64,000 bases of DNA from a bacterium (lineage in GTDB: Bacteria > SAR324 > NAC60-12). How positions within the stretch are numbered: position 1 is the stretch's first letter; the number at the start of each line of letters is the position of its first letter. The DNA lies in assembly GCA_965233585.1 (NCBI GenBank), contig CBDDTI010000747.1:864001-928000 (forward strand), in the 5' to 3' direction. Of the stretch, positions 8,661 to 19,026 are shown in pieces. The notes under the pieces were generated by a model. That model was not told the DNA's origin and searched no databases. It worked only from the letters and a program-made list of their open reading frames with translations. The position numbers were made by a program, and so were the translations under genes.

Positions 8661-9316
8661 CAACTCTCTGGGCTTTGAAAGTTTATCAGAAACTTTATCA
8701 ACATTACCAAGCACAGGGTTGGTGGCCTCTTTTACAAACTGGATATACTCCCCAGTGTTATCATTCACAGCTGACTTGTTCAGAGCAATATGAGATTTAT
8801 TTGGGGGCAATTCTCACGCAGAACACAACATGGAGACAGGCACAACAGGCATTGATGAATCTACAACGGCTTTGTGGTTCTCTTGACCCCCGTTTGTTTT
8901 TGAAAGCATCTTCAGAGTCTATCAAAAAAGCAATCACTCCTGCACGTTATCCTAATCAAAAATTTGTCTATTTGACAGAATCTTCTCGCTTTTTCATTGA
9001 TTTGAAACAACTCACTCCAAAAAGAGCAGAATTGTTAACAGTCAAAGGAATTGGTCAAGAAACTGCTGACTGTATTTTGCTGTATGCTTACCAGCAACCA
9101 GAATTTGTTGTTGATGCTTATACCTTCCGTATTTTTTCAAACTTTGGTCAAATCACAAAAAATCACTATGCCACTTTGAAGCAAAAAATCATGCAACAAA
9201 TTCCCCAAGACTGGAAGGTTTACCAAGAATTTCATGCTTTGTTAGTCAAACATGGGGGACTCTATTATCAAAAAAAGCCTTATGGCATCAATGATTGTTT
9301 GCTTAATGATTTATAA
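8657..9316 (+). CDS. Endonuclease III-related HhH-GPD DNA glycosylase (no Fe-S cluster motif)
   Basis: GAILTQNTTW, LLTVKGIGQETADCILLYA, VVDAYTFRI, YQEFHALLVKHG. Confidence 0.88.
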   Translation: MTTLWALKVYQKLYQHYQAQGWWPLLQTGYTPQCYHSQLTCSEQYEIYLGAILTQNTTWRQAQQALMNLQRLCGSLDPRLFLKASSESIKKAITPARYPNQKFVYLTESSRFFIDLKQLTPKRAELLTVKGIGQETADCILLYAYQQPEFVVDAYTFRIFSNFGQITKNHYATLKQKIMQQIPQDWKVYQEFHALLVKHGGLYYQKKPYGINDCLLNDL

Positions 9317-9403
9317 ATCAAGTCATGTTATAATCGTTGGTTTTGTGTTGACTCCCCAATCACTATCCCTATTGACCCATTTGTTGTAGATCCATAAGAC
9401 ACC

Positions 9404-10801
9404 ATGCAACCAATCTTAATTGTTGATGACGAAGTTGAAATGCGTATTGCAATGTCAGAGACCCTGAAACATTGTGGCTATCAGGTAGAATTGTCTCATA
9501 ATGCACTTGATGCCTTGAAAAAGATTAAAGACAAAGACTACTCTTTGGTGATTACTGACATGACGATGCCTAAACGCAGTGGTTTGGAACTTTTGAAAGA
9601 CATTAAGCAACATGCTCCTTCAAAGGCTGTGATTATGGTAACGGCTTACGGCTCTATTGAAACGGCAGTAGAAGCGATGAAATATGGTGCATTTGATTAC
9701 ATTGTCAAACCTTTCAATTTTGAGACATTTACCTTTGTTGTGGAACGGGCTTTGTCTTTCAAAGAATCTGTTCCCATCACTCAAAATTTTTCAACACAAA
9801 CCAAAAAGTCAGATCAATCCACCCCCCATTTGTCACGTGAAATTATCACTCAAAACAAAGAGATGCTTCATTTGCTGGAGATGGCAAAAAATATTGCAAA
9901 TAGTAAAGCCACTGTTTTAATTCAAAGTGAAAGTGGCACAGGCAAAGAGATGATTTCTCGTTATTTACACGAACATTCCAACAGAGCAGTTCGTCCATTT
10001 GTTGCGGTGAATTGTGCCGCATTGCCTGATTCACTGCTAGAAAGTGAACTTTTTGGCTACAAAAAGGGGGCATTTACTGGTGCGACTCAGGACAGACAAG
10101 GAAAATTTGAACAAGCGAATGGAGGAACGATTTTGCTTGATGAGATTAGCGAGATGGACATTACTCTTCAGGCAAAGTTGCTCCGTATCTTACAGGAACA
10201 AGAGGTAGATAAAATTGGAGGGAAGGCACCTATTCCTATTGATGTTCGTGTCATCGCCACAACCAACAGAAACATGATGGAACGTATTCAAGAGGGAAAA
10301 TTTAGAGAAGATTTGTATTTTAGGCTCAATGTCATTCCTCTCCATCTTCCTCCTTTGAGAGACCGAAAAGACGACATTCCTCTCCTTGCTGAATATTTCC
10401 TGAAAAAACATGCAGAACGTAACACGAGGAAAACCCCAAGAATTTCACAGCAGACTTTAGAAGTACTTCGGAGCTACAACTGGCGTGGCAACGTCCGTGA
10501 GCTAGAAAATGTCATGGAACGTGCTATCTTGCTATGCAACGAATCACAAGTGCAACCCAAACATTTATTGATGCACTTTTCAAGCGAGCCTGAACCTTCT
10601 GAAAATGTTCAGCAAGATGAAGACACCAGTTTAAAAGCTGGAATGTCTATCAGAGAAGTAGAAAAGAAGCTGATTTTTGATACGTTGAAAGAAACCAACG
10701 GCAATCGCACCAAAGCATCAGAAATGCTTGGGATTAGCATCAGAACATTGAGAAATAAGCTCAATGAGTATCGCATTGATGACCAAGAAATAGAGCCTTA
10801 A
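9404..10801 (+). CDS. Sigma54-dependent response regulator (REC, AAA+, Fis HTH; FlgR/AtoC-like)
   Basis: ILIVDDE/ITDMTMP receiver, ESGTGKE, ESELFGYKKGAFTGA, FREDLYFRLNV, WRGNVREL, GNRTKASEMLGIS. Confidence 0.93.
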   Translation: MQPILIVDDEVEMRIAMSETLKHCGYQVELSHNALDALKKIKDKDYSLVITDMTMPKRSGLELLKDIKQHAPSKAVIMVTAYGSIETAVEAMKYGAFDYIVKPFNFETFTFVVERALSFKESVPITQNFSTQTKKSDQSTPHLSREIITQNKEMLHLLEMAKNIANSKATVLIQSESGTGKEMISRYLHEHSNRAVRPFVAVNCAALPDSLLESELFGYKKGAFTGATQDRQGKFEQANGGTILLDEISEMDITLQAKLLRILQEQEVDKIGGKAPIPIDVRVIATTNRNMMERIQEGKFREDLYFRLNVIPLHLPPLRDRKDDIPLLAEYFLKKHAERNTRKTPRISQQTLEVLRSYNWRGNVRELENVMERAILLCNESQVQPKHLLMHFSSEPEPSENVQQDEDTSLKAGMSIREVEKKLIFDTLKETNGNRTKASEMLGISIRTLRNKLNEYRIDDQEIEP

Positions 10802-10822
10802 CACTCCCTCCCTTCACTGAGT

Positions 10823-12337
10823 CTATCCTAAACAAGACTCTATTAAATCCAAATCTAATTCAGGATACAGCGGGTATTGGTCTAGCAGATGATGAATGAT
10901 GGCTTGCTGTTCTTGTTGTGCCTTCGGCTCAAAATGATATTGATTTTTGCTTAAATTGCCTGCATTTTTTCCTTTGGAAATCTTTTCAGGTTTCACGGCT
11001 GCAAGAGAGTTTGTGATGACTCTTGCAATGGTTTTCATATCATCTTCTTTCATTCCTCGTGTGGTTGCCGCAGATGTTCCAACACGAATCCCACTAGTGT
11101 ACCAAGGTCCATTTGGGTCATTGGGCAAAGCATTACGGTTCATGGTTAAACCAGACTCTCTCAATGCTGTTTCTGCTTGACGACCAGTGAGACCAAATGC
11201 CTGCGATACATCAGCCAGCAACAAATGATTTTCTGTTCCACCTGTTAACACTGGTACGTTAAGGCTCATCAATTCTTCTGCCAAAGCAGAAGCATTTTTG
11301 ATGATGTTTGCTGCATAAGTCTGAAATTCTGGAGTCAATGCCTCTTGAAAGGCAACTGCTTTGGCTGCCATCACATGAGAAAGTGGTCCCCCCAAAACAG
11401 CAGGGCAACCTTTATCTACCAATTCTGCAAATTCTTTTTTGCAAAGCACCAAGCCACCGCGTGGACCTCTTAAAGTTTTGTGAGTGGTTGTAGTGACGAT
11501 ATGAGCATGAGCAACTGGGTCATAATCACCCGAAAACGCTTTACCTGCCACTAATCCAGCAAAGTGAGCCATATCCACCATGAGAATTGCACCAACCTCC
11601 TCTGCAATTTCACGCATTTTAGCAAAATTCACTTTGCGAGAGTAGGCGCTGTATCCTCCTATCAAAATGGTTGGCTTGATTTCGTGTGCCTGCTTTCTCA
11701 AAGCATCAAGATTGAGCAGATGCGTCTCGGGGTCAACAGAATAGCTGTAACTGTCAAAAAGATAACCTGAAATATTGAAGCGGTAGCCATGTGTTAGGTG
11801 ACCTCCTGAATAATAATCAAGTCCCAACAATTTTTGTTTTTGAAAGGCTGTTCTCACCTCATTCCATTGTGATTGATTTAAATTCATAGGGTTAGGCTCA
11901 CCCATTTTTTCCAATAAGGGTGTTTGAATTTTTGCATTCAAAATCGCCATAAATGCAACGAGATTGGCATCTGCCCCAGAATGAGGTTGAACGTAAGCAT
12001 GCTCTGCTCCAAAAAGTTGGCATGCTAACTGACTTGCAACAGATTCAACCGTATCCACATGATGACAACCTGCATAAAATCGTTTTCCCACAACGCCTTC
12101 TGCATATTTGTCAGTCAGTAAATTTGCATGAGCTTGTTGGACAGCGAGCGAGCAATAATTCTCACTAGCAATCAATTTGAGGTATTTCCGTTGGTCTCTC
12201 AACTCACTGACAATGGCACGGGCAACATCAGGAACAACCGAGATGACTTGGTCTAGCGAAGCATAAAATGCTACTGCAGCTTGAGACAAATGATCTTGAG
12301 TGCAAGAATCTAAATAACGTTTTAAAATTGAAGACAT
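10823..12337 (-). CDS. glyA: Serine hydroxymethyltransferase
   Basis: LIASENY, QPHSGADAN, GGHLTHG, DMAHFAGLVAG, TTTTHKTLRGPRGG. Confidence 0.97.
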   Translation of the reverse strand: MSSILKRYLDSCTQDHLSQAAVAFYASLDQVISVVPDVARAIVSELRDQRKYLKLIASENYCSLAVQQAHANLLTDKYAEGVVGKRFYAGCHHVDTVESVASQLACQLFGAEHAYVQPHSGADANLVAFMAILNAKIQTPLLEKMGEPNPMNLNQSQWNEVRTAFQKQKLLGLDYYSGGHLTHGYRFNISGYLFDSYSYSVDPETHLLNLDALRKQAHEIKPTILIGGYSAYSRKVNFAKMREIAEEVGAILMVDMAHFAGLVAGKAFSGDYDPVAHAHIVTTTTHKTLRGPRGGLVLCKKEFAELVDKGCPAVLGGPLSHVMAAKAVAFQEALTPEFQTYAANIIKNASALAEELMSLNVPVLTGGTENHLLLADVSQAFGLTGRQAETALRESGLTMNRNALPNDPNGPWYTSGIRVGTSAATTRGMKEDDMKTIARVITNSLAAVKPEKISKGKNAGNLSKNQYHFEPKAQQEQQAIIHHLLDQYPLYPELDLDLIESCLG

Positions 12338-12542
12338 AAGGATTTTTAATGAATAGATATTGAATTTTCACGCTATCCCGCAACCACAGCAGGATACATC
12401 ATAAACTCCCCAAATACACGGTTAAGTGCTAATATTATCTATACATCTTTTTGAAAGTCAATATATTTTCTCATCAATTTTTCAACCGCTTGGATTGAAT
12501 CAGTCATTTTAAGATTCAAAGTCTCACCCAATTTTCAATATT

Positions 12543-14696
12543 ATGAAGCAAATTTTACAAACTTTTAAAAATGGTCGTGTTTTTTTAGAAGAAGTTCCCC
12601 CCCCAACCTTACGTGCTGAAGGCGTTTTAGTGCAATCTGTGGCGTCAGTAATCAGTGCAGGAACAGAAAAGATGCTTTTGGAGTTAGGGCAAAAAAATAT
12701 GTTAGGCAAAGCCAAAGCACGTCCTGACCTTGTCAAAAAAGTGATTCAGAAAGCACGCAAAGAAGGTCTTCTGGCAACGTGGCAAAACATTTCTTCCAAA
12801 TTAGAAAAACCCGTGCCTCTCGGTTACAGTGCATCAGGCATTGTGAAAGAAGTGGGTCAGAAGGTCACAGAGTTTTCCATAGGAGACAGGGTAGCCATTG
12901 CAGGTGCAGGATATGCGAACCATGCACAATGGAACTACGTCCCAAAAAATCTTGTGGCTAAGATTCCTGATTCGGTTTCATTTGAGTCTGCAGCGTACGC
13001 GACAATTTGCAGTATCGCTTTGCAAGGGATTCGTCTTGCCAATCCGCAATTAGGAGAAAAGACCTGTGTCATTGGTTTGGGACTGATTGGGCTAATCACA
13101 GTACAATTACTTAAAGCCAATGGTTGTCATGTGATTGGTTTTGACCTACTCAAAGAACGTAGGGACGTCGCTTTAAAAGTTGGTGCTGACCAAGTTGGGA
13201 GTTTAGAGTTTGCTGAAGAATTGACACAACATTGGAGTCATGGCAAGGGTGCAGACCATACTTTCATCACTGCCAGCACACCAAGTCAGCAACCTATTGA
13301 ATTAGCAGGTCTCCTGACAAGACAATGTGGGAATGTGATTGTAGTTGGGTTGGTAGGAATGAATATTCCTAGAAATGACTATTACAAAAAGGAGCTTTCT
13401 GTCAAAGTGTCAATGTCTTACGGACCGGGTCGTTACGACCCACTGTATGAAGAAAGTGGGATTGATTATCCGTATCACTATGTTCGTTGGACAGAACAGA
13501 GGAATTTGGAGGCAGTTTTAGGATTAATGGAGTCAGGTTTGCTTGATGTCAAATCTTTGACTTCTCATCGTTTTGAATTTGACTCGGCTCTTGAGGCTTA
13601 TCAACTTTTACAAAAAGGCACGCATTCACTGGGTATGGTTTTGGAGTATAATCAAGAGTCAAGCTATCAAAGCCGACTGACTCTTTCAGAACCTCAAACT
13701 AGTTTACCCCTTGAAACTTTGCATATTGGTTTTGTTGGTGCAGGGAATTATGCCTGCGCCCATCTGTTACCCCATTTACAAAAGAGAACTGACGTACGTC
13801 TAGTTGGAATTGCTGGAGCAGGTGGTGCCAGCTCTAAAAGTCAAGGTCAAAGATTTGGCTTTCAATACTGCACCTCTAACTTTGAAGATCTGACATCTGA
13901 CCCCCAAATTCAAAGCATTTGGATCGCAACAAGGCATCGCTCACATGCTGATTTAGTGATCCGAGCGTTGCAAGCAGGTAAACATGTTTTTGTAGAAAAA
14001 CCACTTTGTCTGTCAATGGAAGAGTTAGAAGACATTTCTGCTGCATATACAGAAGCTAATTTACACAAGCCAACATTAGTGGCTGTTGGGCATAATCGCC
14101 GCTTTTCAAAGATGATGAATCAGGTTAAAGATTTTTTCCCAGCAGTTCCCAAACAAGTTATTTATCGCATCAATGGTGGAACACTGCCAATGGATTCATG
14201 GATACGTTTGCCTGAGGAAGGGGGTGGAATGCTTTTAGGAGAGATGTGTCATTTTTTTGATTCTTTATTGTTTCTTACACAAGAAACTCCTGTCTCTCTG
14301 GTGGCTCAATCTTTGGTGTCAAAGCATGCAGAAACGATTGATCAGGACAATGTCAGCATTAGCATTAGCTTCAGTCAAGGATCCTTGGCAACAATCTGTT
14401 ATTCCACAACGGGGGATGCCAGTTTTTCTAAAGAGAGGATAGAAGTTTTTGGTGCAGGAAGAATTGCAGTGCTAGATGATTTCAAAAAGCTGCAGCTGAT
14501 TGAAAAGAACAAGAGGAAAAAGACGAAATCCCATACTCAAAACAAAGGACAGAGCCAACAAATTGCTGCTGCTGTTTCTGCGTTTCAAGGTCAAATTGAA
14601 AACCCGTTCTCATTTGAGATTGGGGCATCTGTGATGAAACTAGTTTTTGCCACGCAAAAATCCTTGCAGACAAGAAATGTTATTGACTTAAGATGA
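12543..14696 (+). CDS. Bi-domain oxidoreductase (MDR dehydrogenase plus Gfo/Idh/MocA)
   Basis: ISAGTE, PLGYS, GLGLIG, SYGPGRYDP.YEE.G.DYP, GKHVFVEKP, GHNRRF, GEMCHF. Confidence 0.9.
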   Translation: MKQILQTFKNGRVFLEEVPPPTLRAEGVLVQSVASVISAGTEKMLLELGQKNMLGKAKARPDLVKKVIQKARKEGLLATWQNISSKLEKPVPLGYSASGIVKEVGQKVTEFSIGDRVAIAGAGYANHAQWNYVPKNLVAKIPDSVSFESAAYATICSIALQGIRLANPQLGEKTCVIGLGLIGLITVQLLKANGCHVIGFDLLKERRDVALKVGADQVGSLEFAEELTQHWSHGKGADHTFITASTPSQQPIELAGLLTRQCGNVIVVGLVGMNIPRNDYYKKELSVKVSMSYGPGRYDPLYEESGIDYPYHYVRWTEQRNLEAVLGLMESGLLDVKSLTSHRFEFDSALEAYQLLQKGTHSLGMVLEYNQESSYQSRLTLSEPQTSLPLETLHIGFVGAGNYACAHLLPHLQKRTDVRLVGIAGAGGASSKSQGQRFGFQYCTSNFEDLTSDPQIQSIWIATRHRSHADLVIRALQAGKHVFVEKPLCLSMEELEDISAAYTEANLHKPTLVAVGHNRRFSKMMNQVKDFFPAVPKQVIYRINGGTLPMDSWIRLPEEGGGMLLGEMCHFFDSLLFLTQETPVSLVAQSLVSKHAETIDQDNVSISISFSQGSLATICYSTTGDASFSKERIEVFGAGRIAVLDDFKKLQLIEKNKRKKTKSHTQNKGQSQQIAAAVSAFQGQIENPFSFEIGASVMKLVFATQKSLQTRNVIDLR

Positions 14697-14718
14697 AAGA
14701 CTGGGAGTGTCTTAAATC

Positions 14719-15069
14719 TTATAAAAACTCCAAATCAACTTCTTTCCAGAGTTTTTGGAGATTCTGCAAAGACTTTTTCTGCCAGTAAATGCTTTCAGAA
14801 CCAACACATTTGATTTTACGTGAGGGGTCAGCAACCTTACGAGCATATAAAACAAACTTAGAAATGGTATTAATCCCCGAACTGTTCAGAAACTCTAACC
14901 CTCTGACATCTAAAACTACTCCTTGATTTGACTCATCAAATGCTTTTTGAAGCAAATCAGAAATGTCTTGATAGGCTTGAGTATCTCTTAAACGTATAGA
15001 TCCTTCCATCTTGACTGTGTTTTCCTCCGCAATGTGGAAGACCTTATATCCTTCTCCTATAATTTCCAT
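14719..15069 (-). CDS. STAS-like anti-anti-sigma protein (Slr1659-type)
   Basis: EGSIRL, LDVRGLEFLNSSGIN (phospho-acceptor Ser), WQKKSLQNLQKL. Likely ATG at 15069. Confidence 0.75.
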   Translation of the reverse strand: MEIIGEGYKVFHIAEENTVKMEGSIRLRDTQAYQDISDLLQKAFDESNQGVVLDVRGLEFLNSSGINTISKFVLYARKVADPSRKIKCVGSESIYWQKKSLQNLQKLWKEVDLEFL

Positions 15070-15146
15070 AAACAACCTTTTACAAATAAACTTTCAAAGA
15101 ATTGACCAGTACTGCTTCTCAGCAATTTTTGAGCCAAGATTAAGAA

Positions 15147-15713
15147 TTAAAAATCCATTCTGACAGAAATTTCTGCTCTGGATAATTGTTCCCCTGCTTC
15201 GGTGAAGTTAAACCCCAGAGACACTCCGTAGTCTTGAATCATAGTCAGATAACCCATTCCAGAACCTTCCCCTGTTTCCAAGTTATGTTCCAAACGTTGG
15301 ACGTAGAGTTCATCAAGGTCTACCGTGAATAACTCTTGAGCGATGGCTTTAAAATGATCAGATGCTTGAGACGTTAACAAATTGTCCACCTTCAGCACAT
15401 ACTTCCCCGACTTATGGAAAAAGACTTTGATTGCTACATCAGACTCTGGCATGTCACAATACTTACCAATATTTTCAATCAACTCGTTTAAGATAAATGA
15501 GGCGACATTTTGAAAATCTTTCTGACTCATTTTCTGGTGAGAGAAATCAGAAGCATAGTATTTAGACCAAAAGTTTGCGGTCAATCCACAACGTTTCCAA
15601 TTCGTAGCAAGATGCTTCGCTTTGACATGAAAGACTGATACCCGAAACTCTTCTTTCAACAACTCTTCATCTAACCAATAATTTCCTATTTTTTCATTTT
15701 TTTCTGCTGACAT
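15147..15713 (-). CDS. HATPase-like anti-sigma/kinase protein (Slr1658-type)
   Basis: WKRCGLTANF, FILNELIENIGKY (N box), GSGMGYLTMIQDYG (G box). Likely ATG at 15713. Confidence 0.75.
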   Translation of the reverse strand: MSAEKNEKIGNYWLDEELLKEEFRVSVFHVKAKHLATNWKRCGLTANFWSKYYASDFSHQKMSQKDFQNVASFILNELIENIGKYCDMPESDVAIKVFFHKSGKYVLKVDNLLTSQASDHFKAIAQELFTVDLDELYVQRLEHNLETGEGSGMGYLTMIQDYGVSLGFNFTEAGEQLSRAEISVRMDF

Positions 15714-15717
15714 GGCT

Positions 15718-18024
15718 TTATTTTCCTTGCTTGAAGATAACCAAAGTAATATCGTCATAGATTTCTGCCTCGCCAATATATGCCATCAAATCTTGTCTCA
15801 TTTTTTCTGACATTTCCTGAGATGGCAAACGATGGTATTTTTGAAGCAATTCTTGTAATCCTTCTATTCCAAATTCTTCTTCTTTGACATTGATGGCTTC
15901 TGTAATACCATCTGTATAGAGAACCATCACATCGTCTTTGTCTAAGTGGAACTGATGAGTCTTGGTAAATGACGAGATGTCTTTCTCCATGCCCACAAAC
16001 AACCCTAAATCAAAGGTTTCAATGTTTTCAATCTCTCCATTGGCACGGCAGACTAAAACGCTTTCATGCTGACCAACAACCGTATAGTCTCCATCTTGAT
16101 AATGGAGCAAAGCTAGGGTCATATTTTTGTCTTCGTTGATCCTCTGGATATTTTCATACAGAACTGTGTTGACACGGTTAATAAATTCTCTCATATCCAA
16201 ATCAGAATTACTCAAAGTTCGGATTGCAGTTTGTGCCATCAGCATTAATACACCAGAAGAAAGCCCATGACCTGTGACGTCTCCTATCCCTATCAACATT
16301 CCTCCCCTATCCAAATGCAAAATATCATAATAATCTCCCCCAACTTCGTCAGCAGGAGACATAAAACACGCAATGTCCACATCTTTAAATTGTGATATCT
16401 CCCAGTCGCTAGGAAGCACCATCATCTGAAGCTGTTTGGCTACGTCAAGCTCTGCTGACATTCTGCGATTCTCATCTTTCAAAGATTCGTTAAGTTCCTG
16501 GATTCTTTCATTAGCATCAGAAAGCTCTGCTGTACGTTCTGCGACTTTAGACTCTAAGTTTTCCGTGTAGTCCTTAATTTCTAAACTCATTGTGTTGAAC
16601 GCATCAGCAAGATCTTTAATTTCATCTTTGGAGGAGACAGCCACTGACACATTATAATCTTTTTTAGCGATTTGCCTTGCCGCCCTTGAAAGCACCAAAA
16701 TATCTGAAGAAATCCTGCCCGCTATCAACGAAGCAATTAGGATAGATACTAATGTAACGACAATTGCTACAGCAGAAGCTATGTAGACGTTGTTTTCTTT
16801 TTCAGAGTCAAGAACGGCTTGTGTTTCAAACAAGGAGCTTAAAATCTCATCTTTGGGAACGACGATGGTCAACTTCCAATTTGTCGGTTCATAACGGTTA
16901 TTGTTCATCACAAACAAATTGGTGTAAGCCATAATCTCATCACGTCCTGAATCTAACTGGAACTGAACGACTCCCGAACTCTGATTTAAAGTTGCTTCAT
17001 AAGCTTTTGTAAATCCTGAATCTTTTGAGGACATTAGGTTACCACGATAGTAAACCAAACTACCCAACTTGCTCTCTTTAATTTCAATTTTCAAATCCTT
17101 CAAACCTTTTTCCGACATGGCAATAATGCTTCCAGTACTATCAGACAAAATTGAGTAACCTGTCTCTGCAACAGATATTTTTAAAACATTTTTAATAATC
17201 TCTTTTAAAGAAACGTCTATCGCTGCGGCACCCGCAAATTCATTGTTTGCCTGATCCCAAAGAGGATAAAACATGGTCAGTATCTGCCCCTGACCTCCTG
17301 CATCTTCATAGGGATCCTGGAAAGTAACAGGTGTTTTTGACAATTCTAACACCGACTTTTGAAAGTCTTGATCTGTGTAAAATTTTTTCCAAGCATCAAT
17401 ATTCCCTGGAAACCAATCCTTCCAAAAAGATAACTTTTCACCTCCATCTACGATGGAAGATAAAACTTTTCCCCCGTTAATATTGGGATAATTCTTGCTG
17501 ATATGTCCGACTTCGTCAGCTACAAAGTAAGTCAGCTTATAGTTAGGACTAGACTTGTATATTGCAGGACTTACCATATTCAGTAGTGAAAAAACTTTGA
17601 CGTTAAAAAGACTTTCACTGTTGTCAACAAAAGGAGTGGGAATGAAGACGTCAAATTCAGCATCATCAGAGGTAATTAAAGCCCCTTTGAAAGGGTTTAA
17701 GGAGGTTTGAAAAAGTTCTATCTGATCCAAATTCAAGTTGTAAATTTGATCTTTGTTTTCAATGATTTTTGTTGCAACCTCCCCAAAAATGGTTAGATCA
17801 CTGAGGGATTTGAGTAAATCCAATTCTATTGCTTTAGACCTAGCATTAGTGTAGTTTTGCAAATAGTCTTCAGCTAGATCAACAAGAGCTTCTTCATGTT
17901 TTTGGAGAGCAAATGTAGTTGCATCTTCCAAAAGGAAATAATTATAAGTACCCATCGCAAGAGCAACCAAGGCAGCCACACTTGCAGCAAAAGACGTAAT
18001 ACGGTATCTGAATGATTTTTTCAT
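15718..18024 (-). CDS. Membrane sensor SpoIIE/PP2C phosphatase (TM, Cache-like, TM, HAMP, coiled coil, PP2C)
   Basis: PYEDAGG (Cache), DEIKDLADAFNTM (HAMP), EVGGDYYD, GDVTGHG, LYTDGITEA, DDITLV. Confidence 0.92.
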   Translation of the reverse strand: MKKSFRYRITSFAASVAALVALAMGTYNYFLLEDATTFALQKHEEALVDLAEDYLQNYTNARSKAIELDLLKSLSDLTIFGEVATKIIENKDQIYNLNLDQIELFQTSLNPFKGALITSDDAEFDVFIPTPFVDNSESLFNVKVFSLLNMVSPAIYKSSPNYKLTYFVADEVGHISKNYPNINGGKVLSSIVDGGEKLSFWKDWFPGNIDAWKKFYTDQDFQKSVLELSKTPVTFQDPYEDAGGQGQILTMFYPLWDQANNEFAGAAAIDVSLKEIIKNVLKISVAETGYSILSDSTGSIIAMSEKGLKDLKIEIKESKLGSLVYYRGNLMSSKDSGFTKAYEATLNQSSGVVQFQLDSGRDEIMAYTNLFVMNNNRYEPTNWKLTIVVPKDEILSSLFETQAVLDSEKENNVYIASAVAIVVTLVSILIASLIAGRISSDILVLSRAARQIAKKDYNVSVAVSSKDEIKDLADAFNTMSLEIKDYTENLESKVAERTAELSDANERIQELNESLKDENRRMSAELDVAKQLQMMVLPSDWEISQFKDVDIACFMSPADEVGGDYYDILHLDRGGMLIGIGDVTGHGLSSGVLMLMAQTAIRTLSNSDLDMREFINRVNTVLYENIQRINEDKNMTLALLHYQDGDYTVVGQHESVLVCRANGEIENIETFDLGLFVGMEKDISSFTKTHQFHLDKDDVMVLYTDGITEAINVKEEEFGIEGLQELLQKYHRLPSQEMSEKMRQDLMAYIGEAEIYDDITLVIFKQGK

Positions 18025-18199
18025 AAGTTATCCTTTGTAAACTAAGTAAAACAGGGGATTATAGCACAATTTGGGCAGAATGAAACTTTTATTTTTTATC
18101 AAATCAGTTCATTACTTATGACTTTTTGGAGAATTGAAACAGCCCTACTTTGAGCATGACAAAAAATAAAATCTAGTAGGTTATGAGGCAGGGAATTTC

Positions 18200-18820
18200 T
18201 CAAAAAAAAGATTTGAAGAGAGGAAAGGCTTGCAACGCAAAAAGAGACACAAGCAGCCATTTAAGCCATTTTTGGTTGACTTTGATTTCTTGGAGATCAC
18301 TTTTAGTGGCAAAATTTTTTAGATCATCTTTAGTGGCAAAATTTTTTAGATCATCTTTAGTGGCGAAGTTCTTCAGGTCATCTTTAGTGGCGAAATTTTT
18401 CAGTTCATCTTTGATTTCTTTAAAATCGTCTTTAGTAGCGAAGTTTTTCTGTTCATCTCTGAGTTCCTTAAGGTCATCTTTGATTTCTTTAAAATCGTCT
18501 TTAGTAGCGAAGTTTTTCTGTTCATCTCTGAGTTCCTTAAGGTCATCTTTGATTTCTTTAAAATCATCTTTAGTGGCGAAGTTCTTCAGTTCATCTCTGA
18601 GTTCCTTAAAGTCATCTTTAATTTCTTTAAAATCATCTTTGATTTCTTGAAGGTCATCTCTAGTGGCTAGTTCACTTTTAAAGTCAACTTTGATGAGCTT
18701 GGTTTCTTTTTCTAAAATTTCACTAAAGAACTCGGTATGAGCCTCTGTTAAACCTTCTGCTTGCTGTTCTGTAAAACCACTGGAGACCAGTTTTTTATAA
18801 AATCCGTGAGGGGACTGCAT
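18200..18820 (-). CDS. DUF1640/CCDC90-like coiled-coil membrane protein with internal tandem repeats
   Basis: LVSSGFTEQQAEGL head, repeated ATKDDL motifs, C-terminal hydrophobic LKWLLVSLFAL. Confidence 0.75.
   Translation of the reverse strand: MQSPHGFYKKLVSSGFTEQQAEGLTEAHTEFFSEILEKETKLIKVDFKSELATRDDLQEIKDDFKEIKDDFKELRDELKNFATKDDFKEIKDDLKELRDEQKNFATKDDFKEIKDDLKELRDEQKNFATKDDFKEIKDELKNFATKDDLKNFATKDDLKNFATKDDLKNFATKSDLQEIKVNQKWLKWLLVSLFALQAFPLFKSFF
18300..18665. repeat. In-frame tandem repeats with 27-nt (KNFATKDDL) and 69-nt periods
   Basis: taaaatcgtctttagtagcgaag recurs at 18421 and 18490. tagtggc(a/g)aa recurs every 27 nt near 18304-18390. Confidence 0.9.
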
Positions 18821-19026
18821 CGCTCTCTAAATGGAAAAGTTTCAAAAACTCTGATTGTAACACAACCAAAGCAAAGTTGGTATTGTGCATTTTAAAACAG
18901 TTTTTGGTAGTCTTTAAAAGATATTCTTAAAGCCATACCTCACTTGCAGTGTCAAAAAATCAAGTAACAATTTGTGAATGTGTAAAGGGGTTTCTGACCA
19001 TCAAAAAAGAAACGTATTAAAAATCT

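Noticed and set aside
9380..9391. TGTTGTAGAT, matching the 3' end of a Cas12a-type direct repeat, 4 kb downstream of the cas12 gene
   Set aside because: It is a single copy, the 5' stem half (TTTCTAC) is absent, and there is no repeat-spacer periodicity. A similar partial match near 21865 also lacks the stem.
18070..18140. GTT...GAATTGAAAC, resembling a type I/III CRISPR repeat, plus a partial GAATGAAAC upstream
   Set aside because: The two segments share only their 3' ends, there is no third copy, and no matching cas genes are present.
18183..18650. 155-aa plus-strand ORF, and similar antisense ORFs at 42314-42640, 43274-43546, 44068-44427 and 61100-61402
   Set aside because: These are shadow frames of repetitive coding sequence on the opposite strand.
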